Of a stretch of 64,000 nucleotides of DNA, positions 40,883 to 55,089 are shown piece after piece. Made by a program: the position numbers and the translations under genes. Numbering within the stretch: position 1 is the first letter of the stretch; every line of letters begins with the position of its first letter. This DNA comes from Octopus sinensis (taxonomy: Eukaryota): assembly GCF_006345805.1 (NCBI RefSeq), contig NC_042998.1:118482001-118546000 (forward strand), read 5' to 3'. The notes below the pieces were generated by a model. It was not told the DNA's origin. It worked only from the letters and a program-made list of their open reading frames with translations, and searched no databases.

Positions 40883-40989
40883 GATAATACAAAAGTGGAA
40901 CAAGAACGCAAAACATCCAGACAGAAGATAGAAAGAAAACAAGGACGGGTCATTCAGAGTTTTCTTCCCTCAGGCGAGTTCCAGATTAT

Positions 40990-41190
40990 CTTTGCAATTT
41001 CGGATATATATGTACACACACATATATATTCGACGGGGTTTTTTTCAGTCGCCGTTTATGAAATCCACTAACAAAGCTTTGGTTTAGTCGACCCGAGGCT
41101 ATAGTAAATGACACTGGCCTAAAGGTGTCGCACAGTGAGACTGAACATGGAACCATGTGGAGGCAAACTTTGGGGCACACAGCCAACTAT
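40990..41190 (-). mobile_element. SINE family B 5' half
   Basis: CCCGAGGCTATAGTAAATGACACT...GAGACTGAACATGGAACCATGTGG...CACACAGCC. Confidence 0.8.
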
Positions 41191-41202
41191 ATATCAATAG
41201 AC

Positions 41203-41271
<69 letters not shown>

Positions 41272-42232
41272 AGAAAGAAAGAAGGAGAGAGAGAAAGAGA
41301 GAAAGAAAGAAAAGAAAGAAAGAAAGAGAGAGAGAGATCATTACAAATACGCATCGGTATAAAATATACATGTTATGCGAATAAGGAAACATATCTGCCT
41401 ACGTGCATATGTTCATGTGAACATATTTAGAGATACGAAGTCAATAAGATGGAATACTTTTTGTTCTTTCGTTCGTAGCGTAGCTTAAATCTTCCTACGC
41501 TAGACCGACGTACTGAAAGAATTTAGTTTAGGTTTTGGAACAAAAATAAATGTGATATGAATGAATATTATCATTCAATGAACAGTAAATTTTTATTCCG
41601 CAGCTGACAGTAATTGCTTTCCTTTAGAAGTTCACATCCCCGACATATATTCTATCCCTTTCCTCTGCAGTTTCCGTTTATCATGTTTCTCGCACACACT
41701 TCCATCCAAATATATATATGCACATACATACGTGTGTGTGAGTGAGTGTGTATCTTTGTCTCTGTGTATATGTGCATGTTTTTTAAATGCGTATCGTGAA
41801 TATATTTGCGCATGTTTCAAGTAGTACATCACAAAGTTGAACCTACCTACGTAAATTTTGCGTAGAATGACATATCTACAACAATGTCACGGGCTCTGTA
41901 CCTAAGCTAGTCCAAATCTATCTGCTGGTGTACACATTCACTGCAACACATACATACATACATAAATCCATATATACATACATACATAAATAAATACGTA
42001 TATGTGTGTATGTGTATGTGTGTGTGAGAGTGAGAGATAGATAGATAGAGAGAGAGAGAGTCGCTATTATACGTTATATATTCCTTTATAATTGTAATTC
42101 TTCAACACTCGGGTCTTACAATTTGTCATGAAAGACTCTGTGTGCGTGCGCGTGCGTGGGTGTGTGTATACATTTTGTATGAATGTATATATATATATAT
42201 ATACACATATATATATATATATATATAATATA

Positions 42233-42316
<84 letters not shown>

Positions 42317-42986
42317 CATATGTATGTATATATATATTTATATATATATATATACATAAACACAACATGTAAGATTCTATTACATTCAAATTACTTTTAT
42401 ATATGCAGAGGCATACACATACATGCGTGTTTGGGTGTGCTGTGGTAGAATTCATGCATAAATGCATACATTTAAATTGATATTTACAAAGGGAGAGAAA
42501 TTTCTGAAAAAATTCATTGTTGTGAGATATTTGATGATTCAAAAATCGAAATGAGTTATCTTTGAACAACCATAAAGCTGGCAATAGCATAACTATATGA
42601 AATAACTATCAAATGATATGCGCTCTTGCTTAAATAACACTAAGCTTATGCGGTTGAATAACATGACAGATTTCCATTGTCGTTCCTGGCCTGATAAAAA
42701 GAATCAGACATTTCCTCGTGAGAGTTTAATTATCAATTTCCTGAAATTGCCTCCCGCCTGCTTGTGGGGGGGGGGGGCGATAACAATTGCGACACCGGTT
42801 TCTCTTCAATCTTTTAGAAAAAGGTTAGTTTTAATTAATAAAGTAGTTTTAGTGTAAAAATGCTCAATGCAAGACCTTTTAACTTAATTATATAGCTCAA
42901 CAGTTGTCTGAAAGACTCCATGTATACTTAAAATAACAATGGAGCGAGCTACCTAAAGGGTGCGAGCCCCTCTACCGCGCACACAA

Positions 42987-43023
<37 letters not shown>

Positions 43024-43357
43024 AACACATGTATATATGTATATCTATCTATCAATCTGTCTAAATGCCCCCCCCCATATATATATATATTTATACATAT
43101 ACGTCTATGTATGTATATATATATGTATATAGTTATGTATAAGTATATATAGAGAGAGAGGGGGGAAAGAAACAGACAGAGACAGAGATATAGACAGAGC
43201 AAGGGAATAGAGGCAGATATCCAATTTTTATAAACTATTAAATCGTTTATAATACAAACGTTTCTCACACAAGCATGACACATTCATAGATATATATATG
43301 CAAACACACAGACATATGTATATCTATCTATCTATCAACATATCTATTTACATGCCC

Positions 43358-43425
<68 letters not shown>

Positions 43426-43447
43426 CATATACGTGTATGTATGTATA

Positions 43448-43508
<61 letters not shown>

Positions 43509-44029
43509 ATGTATGCATGTATGCCTGCATGTATGCATATGTATATGTATACATTCACTATTCATTCACACCGACAGAGCGAGTGACATAGATCTATATT
43601 CCACTTCACTCGATATTTGTATAGCCTAACCGTTCCATTCTACCATTTACTAATGTGAACTACGTATAGGTTTGTTCATTTTTTTTCTCCTGCAAAAGTT
43701 AGAAATAATGGCATTATCAATGTGCCAATAACGCAACAACCTGCAGTAAGAAAATAACATAAAAATTAATAACATTTCATGGATGAACAAAATAATATAC
43801 AGTTTTCATTGCATTTCTCTTATTCTTTTCACCACTGGTTTTCTCAGGTGTATCTCAGCTGTAAGAAGCCTACATATGCCAAATGATGAAGCCAATACGA
43901 CTTGTGAGGCTGTGAGCCGATGGAACACTAAGGAGATTAATCCTACGCCAACAAAACGACCTGTATTCTTCTGGTTTATTTTCCTCTTTTTCCCGTAATA
44001 AGAAAATAAAGAAATGTCTATAAACGCCT

Positions 44030-44074
44030 ATAGTACAGCAATAATAATAATAGTAGCAGTAGTAGTAGTACTGC

Positions 44075-44106
<32 letters not shown>

Positions 44107-44209
44107 ATAGTAGTAGTTGTGGTGGTGGTGGTAGTAGTAGTGGTGGTGGTGTAGTAGTAGTTGTAGTAGTAGTAGTGGTGGTGGTGGTGGTGGTGGTGGT
44201 AGTATGGTG

Positions 44210-44250
<41 letters not shown>

Positions 44251-44319
44251 GATGGTAGTAGTAGTATGGTGGTGGTGGTAGTAGTAGTGGTGGTGTAGTA
44301 GTAGTAGTAGTAGTAGTAC

Positions 44320-44357
<38 letters not shown>

Positions 44358-44380
44358 TAATAATAATAATAATAATAAGC
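44030..44380. repeat. Compound triplet tract (TAG)n/(TGG)n/(AAT)n
   Basis: Direct reading. It is the source of the poly-Y/T/H/L pseudo-ORFs in the track. Confidence 0.95.
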
Positions 44381-44579
44381 ACATACCCAAGACACACAAA
44401 GCTGTACTCGGTAGTGCAGGGGAAGCACGTGATAAATATAAGAATACCGAATGATAATAATTCTGATAATAATTCAGTATCAGAAGTCATTAAGAAGAAT
44501 ATAAAGGAAATCGAAATAGAGTGCCCAGTAGAACTGTTACAAAAGGTTTTCCGCCTTGGCACGGTGAGGAAACTATTAG

Positions 44580-45340
44580 ATAGTTGAAATGAACAGATAA
44601 CATGGTACCATAGGCTGCAGGCAGCAAGCCCGCTACGCATGCAAGACTCCAGGAAATACAACAGAACCTGAGATAAAAACAAAGATAATATTAATAATAT
44701 ACGTGAGCCAGAATCAACATCAAACTGGATGCTGAAAAGACAAACCACCCTAATTCCCAAAAACACCACACGCCTACAAAATTACAGACTAATACTATGC
44801 GTATCAGCATCCTAGAAAACCCTAACATCAGTCATGAATAACCGGCTTTTAAAGTAACTGGAGAATGACAATATATTACCAGAAGAAGAAAATGGTGCCG
44901 TAGAGGGACGTATGGCTGAAAAGAGCAACGTCTGATAAACCGAGGCATTACAGATGACTGTAAGAGGAGAAAGACAAACCTGAACTTAACTTAGATTGAT
45001 TACCAGAAAGTATTCGACACTGTTCCACACTCGTGGATACTGGGATCTCTCCACACAAATAAGGTACCCCCACCACTACTGAAATATATTAAACACGTAA
45101 TGGCAAACTGGAAAAAGAGTATAATATTTTTTTTAATTACTTACAAATTATTAAAACCTATCCTATATTCATAAGAGGGATTTTTCAGAAAGACACGCTC
45201 TCACCTTTGCTTTTCTGCCTTTCTCTGACTCTACTAACAAACTTGATAAACGAAACCACCATGGATTATAGATACTATGGACAAAAATAAACAATCTCCT
45301 CTACATGTTTGACCTAAAAGTTTCCGCTAAAAGCACCATG
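44580..45340 (+). mobile_element. R4/Dong-like LINE RT fragment 1, decayed
   Basis: NWMLK..TTLIPK, IDYQKVFDTVPHSWI, RGIFQ.D.LSPLLFCLSL and NNLLYMFDLK, with stops and frameshifts. Confidence 0.8.
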
Positions 45341-45359
45341 GACGTAAAGAATCATACTG

Positions 45360-46440
45360 TCGTAGACGAATTTGTGAGAAGCAAAGTTAAAAAGACATTT
45401 AGAACAAGTTGATAGATTGAGAAGTGGGGAATTGCAAAACAAAACCATAATAATAATGCTTGTAAGAGCACATAGAATAAGAGATAAAGGGTATGATGTG
45501 ATATTGGAAGAATTTAAATAAAGAGTAGTAGCAATTAAAGCAAAACTGGAAAGATATGATAATAGAAAAAGACAGTTCAGGCAAAACAGATTTATTGATG
45601 TAAATAAGAAGAAGCTGTTTCAGGAACTAGATGGCAATTAAACGTAACAATGATACGAGATGCAGAGGAAAGCTGGACATTCTGGAGAGGGATCTGGGAC
45701 CAGCCTGTAGTGCATAATGAAGTGGAGAGGCTGTATAAAATCCAAGGTAGGTTAAGAAATACAGACGGCCAGGAAGACTTTAAAATAACTACAAATTTAT
45801 GAAAAAGCATTTAAGAAAATTCCCAAATTAGAAGAGGCCAGGACCGCATGGGGTCCAAGGTTATTGAATGAAGAAGCTGAGAGGGCTCCATGAAAGAATA
45901 GCGCAACAACTAGATGAGTGTTTTCAGGAAAGCACAGTACCCAGCTGGATGACAAAAAGAAAGACATTGTTATGTACCAAGGATCCTGAAAAGGGAGGTG
46001 TTGTATCCAACTTTAGACCAATAACATGCCTTACGCTAATGTGGAAATTAATGTCAGGTGCTTTGACAGGTGAACTATACAGATACTTGGAAAAAAGTGG
46101 GCTGCTACCCACTGAATAGTAAGGATGCCGAAAAGGGTGCTGGAGAACGAAGGATCACATTTTAATTGATAATCTAAATATTAGGAACTGCGAGAGAAGA
46201 CACAAAAACCTGAGCATGGCAAGGTTTGACTATCGTAAAGCATACGATATGATGTCACACTCCTGGATAATAAGATCAATGAAAATGTATTGAATAGCAG
46301 AAAATATAGGAACCTTATATGGAATAACATGAAATACTGGAGAACGGAATAAACAGCAGAGAATCAAGTTTAGGAGAGGTGGAAATCAAGAGAGAAATCT
46401 TCCAGAGGGACAGTGTGTCCCTACTGATCTTCGTACTAGA
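45360..46440 (+). mobile_element. R4/Dong-like LINE fragment 2 (pre-RT to RT domain)
   Basis: KAKLERYDNR..QFRQNR, PGPHGVQGY, VPSWMT, SNFRPITCLTLMWKL, DYRKAYDM and IKREIFQRDSVS. Confidence 0.88.
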
Positions 46441-46689
46441 ATAAATAAAAAAATAATAATAATAATACAACTACTACTATTAGGATAGCACAGAAATCTG
46501 AGGCCCAACTACCACCCTTACAATTTCCCCCACCCTTGCGACTGTTGCTGTTGCTGAAACCACTCCTGCTACTACACATAAAAACAATAATATCAGAGAC
46601 ATCAGTAATGATAATAATAGTAATGAAAGGAAACACGGGAAGCCTACTCCTCCTCATGGGCTGATTAAGGATACATCTAGTGATGGTGT

Positions 46690-48150
46690 CACAACAAAAA
46701 CACTGGTAACTGCGCAACCTGATAATGGCTACCTCATATGAGTGACAATGAAAAAACAAAATATTGTGAATAACGGTGGCAATGAAACTGAAGCCAATGA
46801 TCGTGACAGTGGTACACCCGTTAGGCTCAGATATTCTGGTCCTGCTCCAGCCTGACGATAACCGGAAAGGGACCAACACACACGGCGTAGATGGAGCAAG
46901 CAAATTAATGCTGTGGTCATGGAGTGTTACTACCTGAACAGCCCAGTAGATGAAAATGGTGTTCAAATGAGGGGTTACCGACAACGTATGCATGATCATT
47001 GGAGAGAAAGCTGACTGTTTCAACTCACGGAACAGAGATTATGTGATCAAGCTAGAGTAGTAAGAAAAAATTGTTGGTTCACAGAAGTAAAGCTCGAAGC
47101 TATCAAAAGTCGGGTCACGGAAATTCACAGCAGAGATAACAATGAAAATACAGTTTTTAATAATAAGAGTAATCTCATAGCACATGAAAAGATCTGTGGA
47201 GTTTACTTCATGAGAGATATATAGATGGTCTAAAAGAAGACAATAAAACTCATGACAGATGAACAAAAGGCAATCTACGACAGAATAAAGGCAAGACTGA
47301 GGAGAATGATAGCGACATTATTTGCAACCTTAAAAAGGTTGATCGATGGAAATTGAACCAAGAAAGGAAAATTGTCACGAAGTATTGTTTTATCAGAAAA
47401 CGTGGGTGTTGATGTCAAGAAAAAGAAACAATGGGAGTGACAAAAGAAACTATCCATGGTGGAAAAGAAGAATCCAGGCAGAGTTACACATGCTCTCGAA
47501 GGAAATCTCTGTGTTAGACCGAAAAGAGAAAGGGGAGCTGAAAAGCAAACAAAAATACTGGGCGCTGAAAAGGAGGTATGATATTGAAAGAAAGGGCCTG
47601 AAAGTAGTAGTGGAGGAACTGAAACAGCGCCTCGTTGCAACGAAAGTAAATATGGTAAGATACAACCAAAGAATGAAAGGTAACCACCAATATAGGTTAT
47701 TCAGAGTAAATCAGAAGAGATTCTACAAAGAAATAAATGGAGAGTGTACAGATGAAACGTTGATAAAGATAGCTTTGAAAGTCAAAGGTTTTTCGAGTGA
47801 CATCTGGAGCAAAGACAATGAGCACAAGAAGGATGCTGAATGTTTGCAAGAACTGAAACAAACAGTAGTCTGTCCAAAATAGCCAGAACTAGTAATTTCA
47901 GTTAGGGAAATGAAGGAAATCAGCAAAACGATGAGCAACTGGAAGGCCTTGGGACCAGATGGAGTTCAAGACTACTGAGTCAAAAGATTTGGTGAATGTC
48001 ATGCACGAATAGCTGCGCAACTCAACACCGTGTTAAATGCCGACCAAGTAAGACCAGAATGATTGACATTGAGTAGGACAGTGCTGTGCCTGAAAATACT
48101 GAAAGGCAATACAGTAGACGATTATCCTGTTTACCACTTGTGTGGAAGTT
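46690..48150 (+). mobile_element. R4/Dong-like LINE fragment 3 (N-terminal region to RT start)
   Basis: RRRWSKQINAVVMECYY...RGYRQRM...TEQRLCDQAR, LKQRLVATK, RLFRVNQKRFYKE and WKALGPDGVQ. It ends against an (ATT)n tract. Confidence 0.88.
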
Positions 48151-48194
48151 GTTGTTGTTGTTATTATTATTATTATTAATATTATTATTATTAC

Positions 48195-48252
<58 letters not shown>
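48150..48252. repeat. (TTG)n/(ATT)n microsatellite
   Basis: Direct reading. Confidence 0.95.
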
Positions 48253-48455
48253 GGGAAGCAATCATACAAATTATGATATTAATAAATATAACAGACATGA
48301 GTTCTGGTATTTTTGTTTTAAATCAAATTTATTTTTACGCTTATACATAAATGAATTCTGAATGACGTTATATTGTGATACACACACACTTACACACTAA
48401 CACACACACTCTCACACACAGACACATACATACATATATATACATACATACATAC

Positions 48456-48502
<47 letters not shown>

Positions 48503-50039
48503 CATGTATGCATACATGCAATCTTATATAGGCAGCGAATTTCTTTTGTTAAAGGAAAAGTGGTTCATACAGTGAAAGTTGCAATACGTCAGCTTCCTCA
48601 GACACTAGAATTGTTAGTTTATTCAACCGTTTCATATACTTTGGTTCAAAGAGTGGATGTGATCAAGTGAATGCATAACAGTTGTGGTTTAGTAGTGACT
48701 TCTAACAGACTTTTAAGTGTGTGGTGACGGAAAAGTATTATACTAAGATATTAGACAAAATGGCAAAATGCAGTGAATAGCTTTCTTTCGTGTTTGAATG
48801 TCTCAAGAGTATTTGAACTGGTAACAAGTCTATATTAATACCAAACGATCTTTGTTCACCGATATTATACTCTGTCTCAACCAACTCTCTTAGTACGAAT
48901 CATATGCATATCAGGCCAATACGATTGCCAACATCCACACACAGCGCAAAAGTAGGGAAGTGCGAACTTTGAATCCAGAGTGTATCAACTACAAAAATCC
49001 GAGCACCGCAACTACGTAGCTCACACAATGCAGAACCATAATAAAGTTCAAGATTGGAGGAAATGCAGACACATAACATGCTTTCCTACAACACACAAAC
49101 CCTTAAATGCAAACATAACTCACAGAGCGGGCACTTGGGAAAAATAACCTGTTTGCAAGAGGGCGGAACTGATGCTGTAAGTTCCATAAGGCAACAACCA
49201 TCACCAACGCTTGCATACGAAGTATTTGAGTGTCTTACCTCAAACGTAGCTCATAGATAAACTAACAGAATGCTTTTCGCAATATTCCTCGTGGGCGGAA
49301 TATTGTCTGATGTAGCTCTAGATATGCATTACAATTAGAAGAGGGGTAGTCTAAGGTATTTCTTTATCTTTACTCCTTTCTTCTGAGTAATATTTTTAAC
49401 TGATATGATAAACAGTGCTAAATGCGACTATCAAATTTATAGTTAAAGACAATCAATATTCTTTTGTAAATAGACCACAAATCATAAATTGAAGTAATAA
49501 AAAGACTAGAAACGCTGCTGCCGAGACAGCGTGGTTGTAACATAGAAAGTGAAAGAAATGTCAATTAGAAAAATCTAGCAAAGCATTCATGTGGCGAGCA
49601 ATACAATTCTGACCACTAATATCAGGCTAGACGAAGACAATGAGATACGAGAATTAATTTAAACATAGGAACACGAATATTTAGGTAATAGTGAAAATAT
49701 ACACATACATGAAAGAAATGCTTAATGATAATATTGACTGATTAGACCAATAATTATCACAAATCTAAATGCAAAAACATAAGCTAATACAGATTTAATT
49801 TCTAATTGTTTCCGTGACGTAGAATCTCAAGGACACCGCGATATTTGAGGTCTCCGGAAACAGCCGTGACAGCCCGGCTGCGGATTCTCGTAGAGCACAA
49901 GTACATACACTTCGTAGTCCTCGACAACTGGTGTGAAAGTGCACGTTTTGGAAGTCCTGATTTCGCAGATGAGTACAAAACCTATATATCTTATATGTCA
50001 TCATCGCAGTTGAATAACTGACCCACTAACTGGGCCCCA

Positions 50040-50221
50040 CCTGCCAGGTCATTCGCTGTTTATCTTGATATGAGATCACCATGTCGCGCACACACGGTTA
50101 TGATGCATGTGCCTGGTGTACCTTTATCAGACGGGTAGTCATGATGGGTATACTGGGCTTCGTATATTTTACCCCAGTGTCACTTTGATGGCATACACTG
50201 CTCTTTCACTCAATAATAATA

Positions 50222-50254
<33 letters not shown>

Positions 50255-50262
50255 GCAACATG
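50040..50262 (+). mobile_element. Retroposon 3' tail ending in (AAT)n
   Basis: GC-richer, non-coding segment ending CACTGCTCTTTCACTC-(AAT)n. The family is not identified. Confidence 0.55.
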
Positions 50263-50439
50263 GGCAAGATTCAAATCCAGCGGATCTCCACAAAGTGATC
50301 GATGAAAACCACTCTCAAATCTTATATATGAGACAAGAAAACAAGAAAAACTCAATAGAAACAAATACAAATAACGAAAACACGTGTAATGCTAAGAAAA
50401 TTTTAAACAGAAGGTAACATTGCTGATGAGATTATTACT

Positions 50440-50720
50440 TCGAAATGGATACATTTAAAAGCAAGAGAGCAAAACAAATACGACGGAAATATAGCGTAAC
50501 CAAAAAAAAACAAAAAGAAAGAAAGAAGTTTCTCTGGATCAAAGACTGTATGAAGCAAGCGACTCATTAATTCACAAATAAACTATCGCAATGTAATGTG
50601 AAAACAATTTTTTGAACAGAACAAACAGTTCGACTCCAACACAAAACAATTTTATCAAGAAATAGAAGAAAATAAACTGGAAATAACGGCTGCGTAAATA
50701 GCAAGAACATAAAAAGAAGA
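50440..50720 (+). mobile_element. R4/Dong-like pre-RT fragment, highly decayed
   Basis: KQIRRKY...KQFFEQNKQFDSNTKQFYQEI parallels QFRQNR...KKLFQEL at 45.6 kb. Confidence 0.6.
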
Positions 50721-51149
50721 ATTGTATCACGGAATTGATACGAATGTCCAAAACAGAAGGTGCAACGCCTGAAAAATCGAGTGATGCTGCTATAAAAAGC
50801 AGAATACACATTACAGATAATACAAAATTACAAGTGATAAGTTTCCCTATTTCCAGCTTAAATATTTTACAAGAAACTGATGACTTTTGGTTACTAGTTA
50901 GTAAGTCAATGAAATGATTCAACCAGGGAAGATTATCTTAAATTCCAGTAATTAATATGAACATCTAGAAGCTCACAACATGTAAAGTGTTACCCTCAAC
51001 AATATCAACAATAATGAATACTTAGCAAAGATGAAATGAATCCAAAATTTTTTAAATGTACAGTGCAAATATTTGAATTTCCGATTAACGTTTTCATATC
51101 TACCGAAAATTGAAGGCGACAAAAATGTCTCAACACGAATGGCTTCATT

Positions 51150-51480
51150 ACCAGAGCAGTTCTCTCACGTAGATTCTAGAAATATTATCTCGGGATAAGA
51201 TAGTAGCGACATACAAAACTAAATGCATAAATAGCAAATTATTCTGTAACTATTAAGAAAGGAGATTTATAAAGCTAAACCCAGACGAGAAATATTCAAA
51301 AGGGTGCACACTCTCCCATTTACTGTCTGTCTGGTGTTAAAAGACTTAACATACAATCGAAACCAGATCAGATTTCGATTTGGATAGAAAAGCTCTTCAC
51401 ACGATAGTATGTTGACAACTAAGAAGAATAAACATATGGTATTGTTACATAGTGTATACAAATTTCCCAGAAGAGATATA
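51150..51480 (-). pseudogene. Possible decayed protocadherin-like fragment (EC5)
   Basis: RAFLSKSKSDLVS...SVHPFEYFSSGF...LQN (51396-51241) versus the recalled VGFINATDPDLGS...ILPFQISNFGF motif. Identity is low. Confidence 0.25.
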
Positions 51481-52487
51481 TGATACTTCTTTAGGAAAAG
51501 ATACCGCAACAATGTTTGTTTTCGTAGAGTTAAGTTTGAGTATGCACACAGTCTAGTTCAATTACGAGATATTTTCCTAAAGCTCTGTGCATGTAAGTTG
51601 TAATGGCAGTTAAAAGAATATTAATTGGATCCTGTACAACACCTGGTATCTGTTGTTGTAATGCCTATTATCCAGTCGATAACAGTGTGTGCTCAGCAGT
51701 TTTAAAGGAAGGTTATCTACAATAACAATTTAAGTATTATTTTATGAAAATCACTCGCGTTCATACGGGTCTAAAATTCTATGCTAAATAACTGATCCTG
51801 ATACTACTTAGGTTATTTTCCTGTTTAACTTCATTCTAAATATGTAGGTTAATTTTTTAAATATCATTATATATACAAGCAGATTGTAAAGTGTTTGAGC
51901 TCAGGTGTTTCAGAATAGCTTTGGAATTGCTATTAAGTGGATTACTAACGTTGATTTATATTTATGTTGTTTTTTTTCATTGGTATAAATTTGTTCTGAA
52001 AGATGTTAGTACAAGAGTTCTGTGTGTATGTATCGACTGTGTATTATTGCCTTTAATAGTTTGAATCTCACCTACTTGACGGTTATCCAATTGCTAGAAT
52101 AAGCAACAAAGTTTATTTTGTGTGTGTGATGCTTGTTATAGCTATTTATTTTATATGCGTTAGAGTATTGAAAAATTTACGAATGATTCAGTGTTGTAAA
52201 ATAACAGAATTTAACTGAGCACATTAACATACAGTGATATTTGTGGATAGGAGATATGTTCCTACTTAATATGTTAAAAATACAATAAGTATTTTTCTTA
52301 AGGATTCTTGTATAAGTTACATACCTTTTTTCTCCTTTTTCCTATTTTTATGAGAGCTATATCAGAGTTATTTTGTGGGTCTGTTTGAATATGTGTTAGA
52401 AGGTATTCAATTTTAAATATGACAAAATAGTCTATGTTATTTCTCATCTAAAATTTTAAGTTAGAATTTTTAATATTAGCATTACGT

Positions 52488-52705
52488 TAGGTGACGAGCT
52501 GGCAGAATCGTACGCACGCCGGAAAAAAAAAACGCTTAACGGCTTTTCACCCGACTTTGAGATTTGAGTAAATTCTGACGTTGTCGACTTTGCTATTCAT
52601 TCTTTAAGAGTCCATAAAATAAGTATCAGATTAGTACTGGGATTCATGTAGTCGACATCCACCCAACCCTTGTCGTCCTTGTCCCCAAAATTGTAACTAA
52701 TATTA
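52488..52705 (+). mobile_element. SINE family A
   Basis: GACGAGCTGGCAGAATCGTACGCACGCCGG...GTCGACTTTGCTATTCAT. Confidence 0.85.
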
Positions 52706-53893
52706 GCATTGTGTTATAGGTATCTAATTCAACGGTGTTATTTTACCTCGTATATGTTTTGCTATAGCTTTGCACTTCATATTCTGTAACTTGGATTTTA
52801 GCTATATTAAAAGTTTCCGACTATCTGTTTTGTTTATGGTATTATTGGTTTTTTTTTTATTTTCTTTAATAGATATCCTGCTAGTTACTGTATCCATGTG
52901 CTCAATTAAATTAGACGTGATTATACTGATACCATCACTTTTTCGATTAATTTTGGCGTTTTTACATTTGGACGGCGGATTGACGTAGTTGTATTCGGCA
53001 TTAATATTTCATATGAGTATAATGTACGCTATATGTAGAGATTTGTTTCTATTATTAGCTGTTCCTAATTGGATCTTATCCTAAAAATTACTTTTCAATA
53101 TTGTAATATTCAGTTATTGTTACTTATTTCCTCGTTACACGATAGTTTAGATATTTTAAAGGAAGTAATTTTTACAAGATTACCTGTTATATATTTTGGA
53201 TGATGAGAATGTTTATGTATGTAGTTAAGATTTTCATTAGGCTCGTGGAAAAGAAATTATTCAAATTTACGGTGGCATCTGAAAAACATAGACGAATTAT
53301 AATTCTTAAAAATGATAGTCTATTACGGAGGCTCGCTAGAGATAGGTATGTTAACATTACTATAGTGAACATTGCGCCGTCCTGCTATAAACCACCACCG
53401 AGTTTGAAGACAAAGATTTCAACTTATATAAATAAGTCCAAAAGAATCAGTAACTTATGCAGAGATCGATGAACAGATGATATCGAAGCCTTAATTTTGT
53501 TTCATGTCTAGACTTCTAAAACAAACGCGTAATTCGTCAGTCAATGAAAGCTGAAATTTTCATTTACTTTACCGATAATTTTAATCAGTATTTGCTTGCT
53601 AATTCTTCGTAAGTACGTTTGGGGGAGAAATATAAAAATTATAGAGAATTTCTATGGAGCGCCCTTTGTTGTAACAAATACCATGCATTAGATAAGATCT
53701 AATTCTAATTCTTTTTACTTCCCTTACAGCTTACATACACAGATTTAGGAATAAGACACAGTGTAATTCAACTAGACTAGATATATACATATTTAAACTT
53801 ATGGCATCAACCCCTGCTTACATTAAGAGAATACAGACATAACTATATTGAAGTACTTTTTCCCGTGCATACATATCTATAAAATATCCTTTT

Positions 53894-54271
53894 CAACTCT
53901 AGGCACAATGCCCAAATTCTTGGGGGAGGGGGCCAATCGATTAGAGCGATCCATGTGCGCAACTGGTACTTAATATATCGACCTCGATAGGATGAAAGGC
54001 AAAGTCGACCTCAGCGGAATTTGAACTCATAACATAGTGACAGAAAAATACCTATTTCTTTACTACCCACAAGGGGCTAAACACAGAGAGGACAAACAAA
54101 GACAGACAAACGGATTAAGTCGATTACATCGACCCCAGTGCGTAACTGGCTCTTAATTTATCGACCCCGAAAGGATGAAAGGCAAAGTCGACCTCGGCAG
54201 AACGTAATGGCAGACAAAATACGGCTACGCATTTCGCCCGGTGTGCTACTGTCTCTGCCAGCTCGCCGCCT
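53894..54271 (-). mobile_element. SINE family A, younger copy nested in or tandem with an older copy
   Basis: GGATGAAAGGCAAAGTCGACCTC occurs twice (about 53990 and 54174), with a single head at 54255-54271. Confidence 0.9.
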
Positions 54272-54528
54272 TCTTCAATAAGAATATTGCAACTTTTCAA
54301 ATAACAATGGATTAAGCTTACTTCGTCCTATTTCAATAAATAGCGATATTTATAGCAGTAGATTTCTTTATTATTCTTTATGCTTACAGTTTCTTTTCGC
54401 GCGAACCAAGCTCCTTATCACACTAAACTTATATAGTTCACCTTCCTTTGTTTTTCATAAGTATCTTTACTACAATATTCCGCTTCTTTCTTTATTTAAT
54501 TGATACGATAATAATTTTTCTTACTTAT

Positions 54529-54620
54529 TATAAAATTATTGTTTTCTTAAGTTTATATACAATTCTAACTTAGCAGTATCGACTAATTATATTGATATAT
54601 AATAATGGATTTAAACCTTG
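54529..54620 (+). pseudogene. Possible cadherin-repeat C-terminal motif relic
   Basis: YKIIVFLSLYTILT*QYRLIILIYNNGFKP fits the Y-x-L-x-V-x-V-x-D-N-G-x-P pattern, with D to N. Confidence 0.3.
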
Positions 54621-55089
54621 TTCTTTCCGAAAGATCTAGCGTTTCAATGCTGTTATGTAATCGTCCATGAAACGATTATAGCTAAACATACTGCTAATGA
54701 AACACGTGTAAATGTCATATAATGCAATTTATGAAGTTATGCTAGGTGTAAAATTGCACTAATTTTCCTGTTTTATTCTACTTTGCCAATTTTCAAGACC
54801 AAGCCAGATATTAACAACAAAACTGAACTACCTGAAGGTCATGGCTACTATAGTATTGCAAAACAACCCTTCACACACACACTCCACAGAACAAAGGAGT
54901 CACTTCTCCTGCAAAACGTGTCCTAAACATGAAATATTGAAATACAAGGTAAAATACAAACTATTGACTTGTATTATATCTTGTAACTCGCGTTGCTTTG
55001 GTTTTATAAAGAAAATAATTAAAAACATATATAACATAAACATACGTGCGTGTGTGTATAAGCGTGTGTGTGTGTGTCTATATAAAATC

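Noticed and set aside
41475-41502. 8-bp-stem hairpin ending in CTAG, and a 9-bp-stem hairpin at 49280-49305
   Set aside because: Short stems are expected by chance in 64 kb, and no matching element ends were found.
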